Of a stretch of 64,000 nucleotides of DNA, positions 1-12,699 are shown piece after piece. The position numbers were made by a program, and so were the translations under genes. Location of the stretch: the NCBI RefSeq assembly GCF_963676685.1, contig NC_092351.1:81530001-81594000 (forward strand), read 5' to 3'. The stretch is from Mytilus edulis. Lineage: Eukaryota. Numbering within the stretch: position 1 is the stretch's first letter; each line of letters opens with the position of its first letter. The notes beneath the pieces were generated by a model. It made no database searches. It was not told the DNA's origin and worked only from the letters and a program-made list of their open reading frames with translations.

Positions 1-58
1 GAGATATTATTGTTCCGTATTTGCATTTTGTTATTTGAACATTTTTAAGTTATCGTAC

Positions 59-3000
59 GACAATCGACTTTTGGCAAACTAAAAGAACACAGGTACATCC
101 AGTCAGAATGGGGCGTGTAAAGAGAAGCCACAGTGTCAGCTGCATGATGATTTTTTTCCATTTTTTGCCACACACCAATGTTGTTCTCGAAAAACCAGTA
201 CAATGTAAAAGTAAAGAATTCAACTATGGAACGCTGAAAACTAAAATTTGAAAGTCAAGAAAAATAAGAACCGAAAAAAATTGAAGAGGTTTTGGCCAAA
301 GTGAAGTTAAAACATACCAAAATCCATCTATAAGGGCTACTTTGACCGAGAGAGTTGGATCCTAAGTTTCTTCGTAATTTGTACGTAAACAACCTATTTT
401 AAATTATCTATTTTTTGTTGCCAGTGACGCATATTTCATGAATGTTCCGGAACAAATTAGCAATAAATACAACAGGGAGAGAGTGTGCATAATGAAGACA
501 TAACCTTTCAATCAGTTTAATTGAGGTCTGGAACTGGCGTATGGCAGTAACTGCTAGCTTTATATATAGTATATATTAGTCCTTTGTTAATTTATTATCA
601 TTGTCATTTTGATCAGTTTCGTTTGTTTCCTATTCTGACATAGGACTTGTATTTCCTTTTCAAGTGCGTTTTACTGTTCGTATTACTGTGTGTTTTTAAT
701 TCTTTATTGGCTAGAGGTATAGAGGAGGGTTGTGATCTCACGAAACATGTTTAACCCCGTCGCATTTGTGCGCCTGTCCCAATTCAGAAGCCTCTGTCCT
801 TTTAAGTCTTGTATGATTTTAATTTTAGTTCATTGTTATATTTCGAAGTTTAGTATGACGTCTATAATCACTGAACCAGTACACTTTATTGTCTAGGGGC
901 CAGCTGAAGCGCGCCTAGCACAACGTTCATTGCGACGCTATACATTAAGTACTCCTTCCGTGTTATTTCTTGGAACTGAAATAAATCATAAAAGGCAATA
1001 TATTATCGTCATGCAATCGATAAAAAAGAAAACAAAACGTTTAAAGCTGCATGCGACCGAATCGCTTTTTCTGGATCTACCTTCATCAGGAACATCAAAA
1101 AGGCGAATAATACTATTTGGTTTACTGAGAGTTGGTCAGTTTTCACTGTTACTTCTAAATGTTGGGCACTGGGAACACCAAATAGCTCTGAATTATTTAT
1201 CTCAAACGGTAACCTTATATAAGAGATTTAAATCAACTTATTAATTCCGGTTTAAATAGGTTTAACAAATTTTTTTTTGATAGTTGCACAACCATAAAAT
1301 TTCAGGATACTGTTATCCCATGTGATGTCTAATATGTTTTATATATATAAAAAAAAAAAGCTTCTTCTTTCCATCATTTATTTTGTAATTAAAAATGATT
1401 TGATATATTTTGTGCTATTTATTTATAACTAAGAATGATTGTTATCAGAGCCGTGTTTACATCAGTGTTTACAGGTACCCCTCTTTTCGCCCCTTTTCTA
1501 TTTTTGATATTTTAATCAAAAATTTAAAAAATCAAACTTTCAAAAAGTGAAATAATCAAAATTGCACGTTAGGTTTAGTATTTTAAAAGTTTGATAAAAT
1601 TCCTAAACTATCAAATTTATAAACGATATTTAGAATTTTAATATTTTGATAATTTGGTTAAAATTTCAAAATTTCAAAACTTTTACACAATTTGAAATTT
1701 TGATATTTTAAAACTTTGATCAAAATTCCAAAAATCTAAAGTTTCAAAACTTTTTAAAACTTTGAAATGATAAGTGTTACACGGACCAGTAAGACACATG
1801 GTATATAAAATTTGTAATATAAATAAAATGATTGACAGCTTCAAGACCTTCAACTAATATTGGAAATTGATCACGTTACAGTTTTATCCAATGAAATGGA
1901 AGCTCGCGCAAGTCACTTTTGCGCTTCGTGTATGATCGTCTGTATATTTCATGTAATAGAACCCCTGAATTTGCAGAAAGTAAAGAATGTCGGATTTTCC
2001 CGATTTTTTTTTTTAGTTTTGCGCCCCCTGTATGATTGTAGGCGCAGGTAATTTCATAATGTCATCAGACTGTAGTGGCGGATCCAGGGGGGAGGGGTTC
2101 CGGGGGTTGGAACCCCCCTTTTTTTTTGCCGATCAATGCATTTGAATGGGAGCATATAGTTGGAATCCCCCCCACCCCCTTTTACTCTGGGTTGGGACCC
2201 CCCCCCCCCCCCCCACCCCTTTTTTTAAATGGCTGGATCCGCCACTGGACTGAGGTAAACAAAAATGTCGGATTCCAGCGACAAGGATTAAACAATTATT
2301 CTAATGACGGTGAGAATTAGTTTTTTTTTTCAATGTATCATACAGATTAATCATACTTTACAGAATTTTCATCTAATTGAAAAATGCTTTTCTTCTGTTA
2401 TTTTATTAGATTATTTATTAAAACACAATTTTAATGATAAAACAATATTTTAACAGTGGCGGATCCAGGAGCGTGGAAAGTGTACGTCCCCTAATCATGT
2501 TTTTTTCACAGATATTTGTAGCCGATATTTATTCCTTTTGTATAGATACCCCCTTTTTAAATCGAAATTTAATTGAATTTTCGCAAAGGAAATGATAGTT
2601 TTACATTTTATTTTTTTCAAAACTGAAAGAAGAAACATTTAGTAATTTTCCAAAATTAAGGGAATTCGTAACAATCCTTTATAGTTTGAAAAGGGTTTCT
2701 TGAAATGTGGTACACATAATTTATTGCTTTTTCTTATAAAATGAAAACAAACGAAGACTTGACCTTTTATAGTACGTTTTACAGTTTCCTAATTATTTTA
2801 AAGGCGGATACATTTAAAAAAAAAAAAAAAAGGTGGAGCTTCAGCCATGGAATAACATGAAAATGAATATGCTATACCATGGCTGAAGCTCCGCCTTTTT
2901 TCCTTTGGATTCTAGTCGAGCTGCATATTTAATTAGCAAAGTATGGTACAACATAAATTTGCATATAATATACCATGGTTTTCCCTCACCACACTTTTCA

Positions 3001-3633
3001 AGCCAATTGTTTCATAAAAACATCAAAGGAAAAAATCCAATTTATGTTACAACATAGAAAACTACATACTGAGCAAGTGCAACATGAAACTAAAAATAGG
3101 TACAACATAGAAAAGTACATACTGAGCAAGCGCAACATGACTAAAAATAGGCACAACACGAACTCAAACCAAAATACGGCGTCCTAAGCTATACAACGCC
3201 TCAATCAAATACTGAACAAGTCATATGTGCTTATGATGGACTGCTTCCTTAAAAAAACGAAATGTATTATCCTTAGGATTGTAAGAGTTTCAGCTTTTTT
3301 TAATGATTCGCATGTTATTCTGAAATCTTGATAATTCAGATATGGTTCAAACAAACTTATAGTTTTTACATATTTTTCATGTGGAAGTTTTATATAAATA
3401 CGACTGTACGATATGATTTTTTTCTCATTGTTGAAGGCCTTATGGTTAATTATCAGAGAGAACGTCAAACTCATAAGTAACAAAGCAATCAGGAGCTCCG
3501 GATAATGAAAAATATGAAATCACTTACCTCGTATATTCTTTATACTATTACATCCTACAAGCACCACTAGGGCTGCACACAGGAATGTAAATTCTACAAT
3601 ATATTTTAAAAAATTAAAGATACCCTCCTTCAT
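59..3633 (-). CDS. Speculative 5' part of a secreted/membrane protein gene continuing off the left edge (candidate exons 3633-3528, 1964-1880, 1213-1126, 233-59)
   Basis: 3633-3528 reads MKEGIFNFLKYIVEFTFLCAALVVLVGCNSIKNIR (signal-peptide-like) and ends at a strong donor G|GTAAGT. The three downstream candidate exons chain in phase (1,2,0,1) without stops, but two donors and one acceptor are weak. No family recognised. Confidence 0.3.
486..920 (+). mobile_element. Non-autonomous, diverged copy of the Naiad PLE 3' UTR
   Basis: Matches the reverse complement of ~56035-56445 (atgaagacataa..tttcaatcagtttaattgaggtctgga..ggctagaggtata..tttaacccc..cctgtccc..gggccagctgaag). Starts within the 3' arm of the SECIS hairpin. 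Confidence 0.85.
1053..1095 (-). ncRNA. Degenerate minimal hammerhead-ribozyme-like motif (repeat-derived)
   Basis: Minus strand: gatgttc CTGATGA agg tagat cc a GAAA aagcgatt c ggtcgc. Core CUGANGA/GAAA present; stem III near-palindromic; stem I has mismatches. Confidence 0.4.
2073..2247. mobile_element. MITE with (C/T)AGTGGCGGATCCAG TIRs and 5-bp TSD GACTG (hAT-like ends)
   Basis: tagtggcggatccag ... ctggatccgccactg; gactg at 2068-2072 and 2248-2252. Confidence 0.85.
2827..2900. repeat. Short inverted repeat / hairpin
   Basis: aaaaggtggagcttcagccatgg ... ccatggctgaagctccgcctttt around a ~26-nt partly paired spacer. Confidence 0.75.
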
Positions 3634-4050
3634 GTTTTTCTTTGCCTTCGTATTTGAAAATGTATACACTGTTTGAAAAGGACAGGACTGATGGTAGCCT
3701 TTTTAGAGTTGACCAATTGCTAACACTGATCCAAAGCCTAAACGACACTTGAAGTACTTTCATTATGATATTCAGAAAAAATGTGAAAATGCACTGTGTT
3801 TGGTCGTCTTCTCTTAGTATTTTATAATCACATAAGCTACTAGTAGTGCTGTGTGGCCTTTTAATGTATATATATAGTTCAACATCTTAATAAATATATA
3901 CATAGGTACTCAACATGTATTACATAGAAAGAGTTATGCCTTTCCGTCATTGCTTAGGATAATTATGATTGATTAAAAATAAGGGTAACGATTTATATAA
4001 TGTCTTCTATGACGTTATGCTTAAGAAGTTTTGATAATGCAAATTAAGAT

Positions 4051-4336
4051 AAACAAGAATGTGTCCATAGTACACGGATGCCCCATCCGCACTTTATTTT
4101 TCTATATTCAGTTGTCCGTGAAAATGAGGTAAAATCTCTAATTTGGCATTAGAATTAGAAAATCATCATTTTGATATCATTTGGAACATGTGTACTAAGT
4201 TTTAAGTTGGTTCGACTTCAACTTCATCAAACACTACCCCGAACAAAAACTTTAACCTGAAGAGGAACAGACGAACGAACGATCAAACGGACGCACAGAC
4301 AAGAAAACATAATGCCCATAAATGGGACATAAAAAA
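4051..4336 (-). mobile_element. Helentron-associated (HINE/pearl-like) non-autonomous element
   Basis: acaagaatgtgtcc...ggatgccccatccgcact at one end, (GACG/GAAC)n-like microsatellite, terminal gcccataaatggg stem-loop and A-run. Homologous, oppositely oriented copy at 58631-58946. Confidence 0.7.
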
Positions 4337-4610
4337 TTATCCAGTTACAAAAAACAACATATTTATGATATATTTTCTACATTATTTGACAATATTCAAC
4401 ACAAGGTCTTACCTTTCATAACTGCGATGTCAGGATTTTTCGTAACATGTATGTGATAAATGTATTTTATACTATAGAGATAAAGAAATTTTAGGTAGTC
4501 AAACTGTATAACATATTATTTATAAGTGATCCAATACCTATGCACTACATTATCACTGGTCATTATATTATCTCGGAGTAAAACATTTTTAAAATGCGAA
4601 CAATATGAAA

Positions 4611-5180
4611 AGGTGTATGTCCAGTAAGACCCCTTTTTGGCCCCAAAATATAGCAGTTTTACAAAATTGTTAAAATGGTTTATTTTGGTTATTTATTGGA
4701 TAGTAGAATGCTTCTGCTACATAAATATGGGCTGTTTTTGACAATACAATGCACATATATTGGGTACTAGCACCATGAAGTCATGCTAAATTACTGAAAT
4801 CTTCACAATTCTAGCATTTAAGTTAAATTTTATATGGTTTTCGTGTAAAACGGAAGTGGCCGCATTCGTGTTCATCCTTAATATTGAAATGCAAGTTGTA
4901 TTTTATGATAATACATAACGTATATAAAGGTTGAGGATAAACACGGATGCGGCCACTTTCATTTTTGACAAAAACCATCTGAAAAGTGACATTTTTCTGC
5001 ACATTTGGTAGATTTTTCATATTTGAGCTTGAATCAGATCATTTTTTCTGACTAAATCAGTCAAAATCGTTCACATTAACTTGAAATAGACACTTTTAAA
5101 AGTGTTTAAAAAGTGGTCAAAATCTTTCGTCAGATGAACCTGAAATTTGGCCAAAATCGGTCCATACCGGACCTACTTCT
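4611..5180. mobile_element. MITE with imperfect AGGAGTAGGTCCGGTAAG-type TIRs
   Basis: aggtgtatgtccagtaagacccctttttggcc ... ggccaaaatcggtccataccggacctacttct. Confidence 0.6.
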
Positions 5181-5239
5181 TTATTAACCAACTAAGTACA
5201 TTATTGCCAAAAATGACTGTTTATTAAAAATAACATATT

Positions 5240-5830
5240 TTCTGCAATGGCCCTGTTTTTCTGAAATGGCCCTGTTATTTCTGTAATGGCCCTGTATTAA
5301 TGCCAAGCTTGTCTGTATTAAGCCCAGTTAGGGTTTTTAATAAATTTAATAAAATTAAGCTGTAAAGAGTATAATACCTTTTTGTATTTCATTTAATTTA
5401 GTAACCAGCAACAAATATTAAAGAACCATATAAAGGGATCACTATTCATCCTGTTTTTCAACACATTACTTCTTTCAACTTAATATCTTGGATATTTGGT
5501 ATATTTAAAGCTTGATCACGGTGAAGTACAAATTATTTTTTTTCAAACTAAACTGTCATTAAAAGAGTAAGAGAGTACATCAAGTTGACAACAACACATA
5601 CACCTTTTTTTCAGTTGGTTAATAAATGTATTTTTCAGTTGGTTAATAAATGTATTAAGAAATGGGTGTTTTTATAATGGCCCTGTTATATGTCCTTGGT
5701 CAGTAATAATGGCCTCGGATGTCTGTAATGGACCTTGGCGTTGCCTCGGGCCATTACAGACTTCCTCGACCATTATTACAGACCTTGGACATATAACAGG
5801 GCCATTATAAAAATACCCATTCATTAATAC
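5240..5830. mobile_element. Palindromic (foldback) non-autonomous element with AATGGCCCTGT subrepeats
   Basis: ~180-bp imperfect palindrome at 5652-5830 centred on ggcgttgcc; three aatggccctgt repeats at 5246-5296 match the palindrome arm. Confidence 0.7.
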
Positions 5831-6558
5831 TATAATATAAAAAAGGGTTTTTCCAAAAATAAAATCATTTTAATATCACCCAAAACAATCCGAAAAAGTC
5901 ATAAAACCACCAAAATACAAAAAAAAACTGAAACTCTGTACCCTTCATACCAGAGAAGTTTGATATTTATGTTGATGGGGTTGAGGGAGCACCCAGAGAA
6001 AATAATGTCGTGAGTCAGTTGGCTACATGTTTAGGTGTGTATGTGTTACTAAAAACCCTTAACTGAATTAATTTGTATAATTTTGAGAAAAACGGGTAAT
6101 ATCACAGTTTCGTTTGCGTAATTTTGATCAGTTAATATATATACGAAACGGAAATTTATCTATGAACAACAAATTGTTTTAAAAATTAAATCTATGAATT
6201 GAAATTAAAGATTTGATATATAATTAAAGACAAATTTCATAACAATGATTAATCCACGAAATCGAACAAATGTTATGGAATTAAAGATTGATTCATGACA
6301 GATGCGTCCAGTGCCAATATTTCATGCACATCCACAACCGGAAAAAATTGCTATTCCGCAACACATTTGACAATAACAAGAATTGTTATAACTAGTTAAG
6401 TTTTATAATATCTGTTAATGAATGCAATTTCTATGACGCGTATCTATAAAAATAAAATACTATTAAAAAACGAACTTTGAATTTTTCATAAATAAAACTA
6501 TTGCATTATTTTGGATTTGTAAGGAACAAACTACTTTGCTGACATGTGACCTACACTA

Positions 6559-7310
6559 AGACCCCGTTCACACTAGCATTTTTTTTTTCAATCGATCTAA
6601 ATAAAAACAGTTAGCGTTCACATTATCATAATAATCTCTATCGGTCTAAACCGATCCACTGCGTTCACACTACAATTCAAAACGCAATCGATCTAACCTT
6701 TTTACCCGTAAAACTGTAAACATTGTGTATAAATAGAACTGATTTATTAAATTCATCTATTGATACTCTGACACACACACTTGAAAAAAAAATGGACAAA
6801 GTTATTGTTTCTCCTGAATCAGAAGTTAACATTTTGGTACATATGTTATTGTCGTTTTCTTTAATTTTGAAAAAAATATCTGTAGTAACGAAGTTACAAC
6901 ACGACGAAATATTGCAGTTCCTGAAAAGAAAAAAAAATCATCGAAAGAAAAGAAGACACAGATTTCGCAAATCTATGCGATGGCGAAGACAAAATGTTTT
7001 CAGTTTGTTTTAAATGTCTGTAAACAGAGAAATATGGGTTAAACAATGAACATCTGAGATAGTTTTGGCGCTGTACATGCGCATAAGTTATTTTCGATTC
7101 AATCGTACTAGTTTAAACCGATCTCTGCGTTCACATTTAAAGTAAGATCGGTTTACTTTAGATCGATTCAAACTAAACTACCTCTTTTTGGTGTTTTAGT
7201 TTAGACCGATTGAAGATCGATTCAAAGCGTTCACATTGGCCCTTAAATCGATCTAAAGTGAACCGGTCTAGTTCAAATCGATAAAAAATGTCCTAGTGTG
7301 AACGGGGTCT
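6559..7310. mobile_element. MITE (Harbinger-like ends) with AGACCCCGTTCACACTAG TIRs
   Basis: ta|agaccccgttcacactag ... ctagtgtgaacggggtct|ta; many internal atcgatcta/gcgttcaca subrepeats. Confidence 0.85.
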
Positions 7311-7617
7311 TACACACAATTAAAATTCTGTATTGATTTTCGTTCTCCTAATTGAACCGGACAAGAAAAAGAATGCCTCTTCCACCCCTTAAGGCGGGCT
7401 TAATAACAATCTTGAAATGTTTGTTTTTTATTAAATTAGTCTGAATTAAAATGAAATCTGTTTTAAATAAATCTGTTTATTTTATCTATCTAATTGCAGC
7501 CATGGTATTATAAATTATAAAACCCAGCATGTAGCATATATTACGGTGCTATAACCATAACTGTTAATTCAACTGAAGCGGTTGGTTCTCATTTTAACCA
7601 ACGAATTAGTGTTAGAG

Positions 7618-9578
7618 TCAACTGTTTGCTTCGCCGGTCCTTCTAATTTTCCATGTGAATTCATATGTTTTAGCAGCATCTTCATAAGAACTCCTAATTC
7701 CAGTGTGGTCCTCAGTTCTGACTGCATTTATAAAGGCCGATAACTCATTTAAGAATGAATCTTGTTCGTTAAAGGTATAATTGGTATCTCTGTTTGGATC
7801 GTCTGCTTTGATACTACGGACGACCAATGAACTGTCTTCTTCGACAGGTTTGAACAGAGACATCTGTAGTCCATCCATTTGAACCTCGATTGATATTTCA
7901 TGTCTACTCCCTGGTAGAGCAATAGTGTGCATAAGAGTCCCTATTCCTCCGTTTACAAATCTCCATTGACTAAATGTAACTCTTGGGACTTTATCGGCAG
8001 GTTGTATATTATTTTCTCCATCATGAGGCAGATGTGAAAGATGTCCGGCACCAGATGGGTCGCTATCTTTCAGCATGATGGTCTGAACTGAGTCTATATT
8101 GATATCTCCAGCAAGATATCTAGCCAAATCGCAAACATGTGTTGCCTGTTCGACAATTGGTCCTCCAGTTATTTTGTTGTTATAGGAGTCTCGACCTTTA
8201 TGACCTCTAGAATAAGCAAGACTGAACTTTGCCCTACATGCCATCACTTTCCCGCCATGGTCAATGATTAATTCCTTCATTTTATCTATTCCAGCATGGT
8301 ACCTAAAATAAATAAACAATCTTATTTATGAATTTATTTGAAACAATTGAACCATTTCATATCAAATACTAAAACAAAACAAATTAGAACATACGTTTCT
8401 ACATGATAATAAAATCAATGATTGCATACTTGTGAAAGTTAGCTGTTGTAGAATATCTATATTATAGATGAACATAGAACAGTTCTTATTATCGTACCAA
8501 CACCTACCCTGTCCTGTGTTCACTTGTAATAACACAATCGAATGCGACAAACACCGAATGTATACTTGCCATGAACATCACTGCGGGTGCCATTAACGGA
8601 GCAGGATCTGCTTACCCCTTCTGTAGCATCCGAAATCTCTTCTGATTGTTGGCGAGGTTCTTTTTACTAACAATTTAGTTTTCTATGTAGTTTCTTGTAG
8701 ATAGTTGTCTAACTGTTCATCGCGTTTATTTAGCCATGCATTCTGTATGCATGTGTGTGTCCCAAGTCGGGAGCATGAAATTCAGTGGTTGTCGTTCGTT
8801 GATGTGTTACATACTTGTTTTTCGTTCATATTTTGTTACATAAATTGGGCCGTTAGTTTTCTAGCTTGAATACATTTCTCAATTAGGGAGTTTTATAACT
8901 GACTATGCGGTATGGGATTTGTTCGTTTTTGAAGGCGATACGATGACCTATACATTGTAGTTGTTAATTTATGTGTCATTTTGGTCTCGTGTGGAGAGTT
9001 CTCTCATTGGCAATAATACCACATCTTCTTCTTTAAATGATGTTGTCTGATTGGTGTTTTTTTTTTCTATTTACAGATGTGTTCCATTTATTCACCCCCG
9101 ATATCATATAATACCTGAACATGTATCCAACAGATACAACGACATTGTTTTTAATGCTGATTTTTCTAACTTCCTCTACATAGTTATCAAACTCTTCGGG
9201 TGGTACTACCGATGGAGATTTCTCCACAAAAACGTGTATTCCAGCCTTCACAAACTGAAGTTCAATGTCCATCTCCAGTGAACCTCTATATATAGGGGGA
9301 ATTCCTATAAAGACTGCATCTGGTTTCTGAGCAAGTAACTCTTTGAAGTGAGTAAAAACTTGGCAATCGGTATAAAAGTGTTTTACTTGGTCTGATGAAA
9401 GTTTTGCCTTGAGAACATCTTCTGCAAGCTTTATGTCAGTGTCTACGATTGCCACAACTTTAATGTTTCCAATCTTTTCAAGTCTCGTTGCATGAGCCCA
9501 TGGCAACTTGGAGCCAGGCCTACCGAAATGGATACCACCAGCTCCAATGAAGCCAATCCTAAGTTTTTTATGTTCCAT
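7618..9578 (-). CDS. Gfo/Idh/MocA-family NAD(P)-dependent oxidoreductase with fungal-type ox_reductase_C domain; coding exons 9578-9115 and 8302-7618
   Basis: Rossmann motif RIGFIGAGGIHFG, PWAHATRLE, DIELQ, VFVEK, VGYMFR|YH across a phase-2 GT-AG intron (9114-8303), and GGPIVEQATHVCDLARY. An acceptor-like tttcag just before ATG 9578 suggests a non-coding first exon (possible donor near 11376). Alternative start at 9593. Confidence 0.9.
8740..9035 (+). mobile_element. Abundant non-autonomous retro-like repeat ending ...gagttctctcattggcaataataccacatcttc (intronic)
   Basis: Homologous to 35800-36190; further fragments at ~15762-15880, 20300-20500, 32280-32400, 36565-36670, 38410-38520, 41405-41520 and 54830-54915. 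Confidence 0.7.
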
Positions 9579-9639
9579 TGATCTGAAATTCATTAATCGA
9601 ACTCATATCAAAAAAATATTTAAGTATCAATATGTTGAC

Positions 9640-10620
9640 TTTTTTGTCGAGCCTGCAACTTTTGTTGCAGAAAGCTCGACATAGGGATAGTGATCCGGCG
9701 GCGGCAGCGTCGGCGGCGTTAGCTAACTTCTTAAAAGCTTTATATTTCAGAAGGTGGAAGAACTGGATGCTTCATAATTTGTATATAGATGCCTCATGTT
9801 ACGAAGTTTCTGTCAGTCACATGTCCAATGTCCTTGATCTCATTTTTATAGTTCAGTGACCACTTGAAAAAAAAGTTCAGAATTTTTGTAATGTTGCATT
9901 CTCTCTTATTATAAGAAATAGGATAACTATATTTGGTATAATCAATAGGGCTAGTATATTAGGTGTATGGAAGGACTGTAAGGTGTACATGTCCAACTGG
10001 CAGGTGTCATTTGACCTTGACCTCATTTTCATGGTTCAGTGGTTATAGTTAAGTTTTTGTGTTTTTGTCTGTTTTTCTCATAATTTATGCAATAAGTCTA
10101 CTATATTTGTTGTATGGAATGATTGTAAGGTGTACATATCTAGTGGGCAGATGTCATCTGACCTTGACCTCATTTTCATGGTTCAGTGGTCAAAGTTAAG
10201 TTTTTGAGTTTTGGTCTTTTTATCTACTAGTATTATTATATTCCAAAGGTCAACTATATTTGGTGTATGGAAATATTTTATGATCTATATGTAAGTCCCG
10301 CAGGTTTTATTTGACCATGACCTCAATTTCACGGTTCATTGCACAGTGTTAAGTTTTTGTGTTTTTGTCTGTTTTTCTTAAACTATAAGTAATAGGTCAA
10401 CTATATTTGTTGTATGGAAGCATTGTTAGCTGTACATGTCTGCCTGGCATGGTTCATCTGACCTTGACTTTATTTTCATGGTTCATTGGTCTTTGTTTAG
10501 CTATCTTGGTTAATGTTAAGTTTATGTGGCAGTTGTAATAAAGATTTATACTTAGGACTATCAACATAATATCAATGATTAGTAAAGAATGCGAGACATT
10601 TCAGTGTGTGCACTCTTGTT
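9640..10620 (+). mobile_element. HINE/Helentron-like element with internal ~146-154 bp tandem repeats
   Basis: 5' hairpin gtcgagc...gctcgac after a T-run, GGC-rich microsatellite, four repeats containing tgaccttgacctcattttcatggttca (~10012, 10158, 10312, 10458), and end gcgagacatttcagtgtgtgcactcttgtt. Confidence 0.75.
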
Positions 10621-10841
10621 TAAGTATATAGAATACTTCATTCATCATTTGAATAACAAGTGGAATATATCGGTGACTGTACAGCAGGAATGCTACGTTA
10701 GACTTGGATGTTCCGAAAAGGTTCAGCAGTTTCTATTCAAATGCAAAATGCATTTTAACGGATATTCGGTAAGGGAATGCAACCCCTTTAGAGCGAATTT
10801 CACCAAAACTAACTGGTGTGACTGTTTTTTGCGCATTTACT

Positions 10842-10973
10842 NNNNNNNNNNNNNNNNNNNNNNNNNNNNNNNNNNNNNNNNNNNNNNNNNNNNNNNNNNN
10901 NNNNNNNNNNNNNNNNNNNNNNNNNNNNNNNNNNNNNNNNNNNNNNNNNNNNNNNNNNNNNNNNNNNNNNNNN
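10842..10973. other. Assembly gap (132 N)
   Basis: Run of n characters. Confidence 1.
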
Positions 10974-11682
10974 GAAACTTTCGACCTATTAAGTCGAAAA
11001 GATACACAACAGCACACAAAACACAGCATATACAATTAAAGATTTAGCAACACGAACCTCAACAAAAACCGAAGGGGTGTTCTTAGGTGCTCCGGGAAGG
11101 AAAAGAACATGTAAGCGACACAGCAATAAATTCCTACGAGTATTAACAACTATATGGATTGAAACAGTCTAAATATATTAAAGAATCAAGTCCGGGTGCG
11201 GGATTTTCTAGCTGTGTTGAAAACCTAGCTATTGGTGGCCTTCGTGTGTATATGTTTACTCTTTGGTCGGGTTGTTGGCTCGACACTTTCCCAATTTTAT
11301 CCTAGTGCAAAATTAATGGAGGGTGTTTATTGACGAAATATCCAACTAAATGTATAAAGTTTAGTAAATGATTTACCTGACGTAGTTCTTCTATATACAT
11401 AATACACAAAGTTGACACAGTCACTATGATTATTCACATTTATGATAAGTCATGCAGTGTACAAAGATAAAAATAATTTAGTGTATAGCTATATATGTAA
11501 TCACTATACACTGTTCACTTGAGATTTTGTTCATCTTCAATAGTTTAACAATATGGGATGTTTGACCACCAAAAAAAAACCGACCGGTCCCCTCAGACAA
11601 ATATTGTCTTTTACAGGTCCTCCAATGTATATTACATTCCTTCCGATATGTCCTATTACAGGGTTTGTTGCTTTTTAATTAG

Positions 11683-12024
11683 TTTGAACATATTTATTTA
11701 TATTGGATTGGGAAACAAGTTTTGCAACTTATATTAATCCCTTTCCACTTTGCGGGTGCGAGTGCTGCCTTGTAGCGGCATTAGCCTACTCTTAAGAAAT
11801 CTACAAGGGTGTCTTTAACGTGCAAGAGATATGGCTCTCTCTTAACACGGGTCATCCATTTATCGTCCCCTTTCGACGGACTATTATCGTTTCCTCAAGA
11901 CCATACTCACAGATGGTGTCAAGGGAGAGCCGAAAATTGAGTTCCTGAAATTTTCATCCAAAACGGGAATCGAACCAGGAACCTTTGTGTTAGTAGTCCG
12001 ATGCAATAACCACTACACCACGGC
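11683..12024 (-). mobile_element. tRNA-derived SINE with Nin/Deu-like core
   Basis: Minus strand: A box gtggtgtagtgg, B box ggttcgattcc, core ggggacgataaatgg..cccgtgtt..cacgttaaagacaccc..gagtagg, AT-rich tail. Second copy at 17151-17483. Confidence 0.85.
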
Positions 12025-12699
12025 TTGCTTGTTTTTTTTTAAATTAACCTTCTGCTTTCATTTTGGGGACATTTTGATAGTACAAGATCATTTATATTTC
12101 ACAGAAAATGCGACCAAGATTCCTGTAAATTCTGACAGTAAGAGCAATGTTGGTTTTATTTATTTTGTCAGCTCATATTTGGTTTCACTAACTTTTCATT
12201 TCCGATTAGTGTGACACATGCATGTCATCGCCGTTGAAAAGGACATTTTATTGTGTTCTTTTGTTGTAGTGTTACACCCCTGTTCCATGTTAGGGGAGGA
12301 TTGGCATGGCTTCAGACGATTGAACCCCGCCACATTCTCAGGCTATGTATGTACCTGTTCCAAGTCAGGAGTGAGCCTGTTATCCATTTTTTGTCTTGCT
12401 GTTGCTACATATATCATGATTGTTTTTCGTTCATTATTTCATACATAGTTAGTTGTCCCGTTTAGATTTTTTTAACATTTGTCGCTTATCTATAGCTAAC
12501 TATTCTGTATTGGTAAATAAAAGCTATCGATATACTTATATATAGCTGTTCAATAGTCATAAATTCAGCGAAAACAAACTAAATCCGAGTCCGAGGGAAA
12601 CACATCGATTATAAGAGGATGATGTATAGCCATACATTTAGATTGTAAATTTCAAATGAAAAAAAGTATATATTACTTGAAAATTCATAATCTATACAA

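Noticed and set aside
6723-7013. 96-aa basic ORF inside a MITE
   Set aside because: No recognisable transposase or Myb motif; probably chance or a highly decayed remnant.
10589-11047. ORFs spanning X runs
   Set aside because: Artefacts of the 132-N assembly gap.
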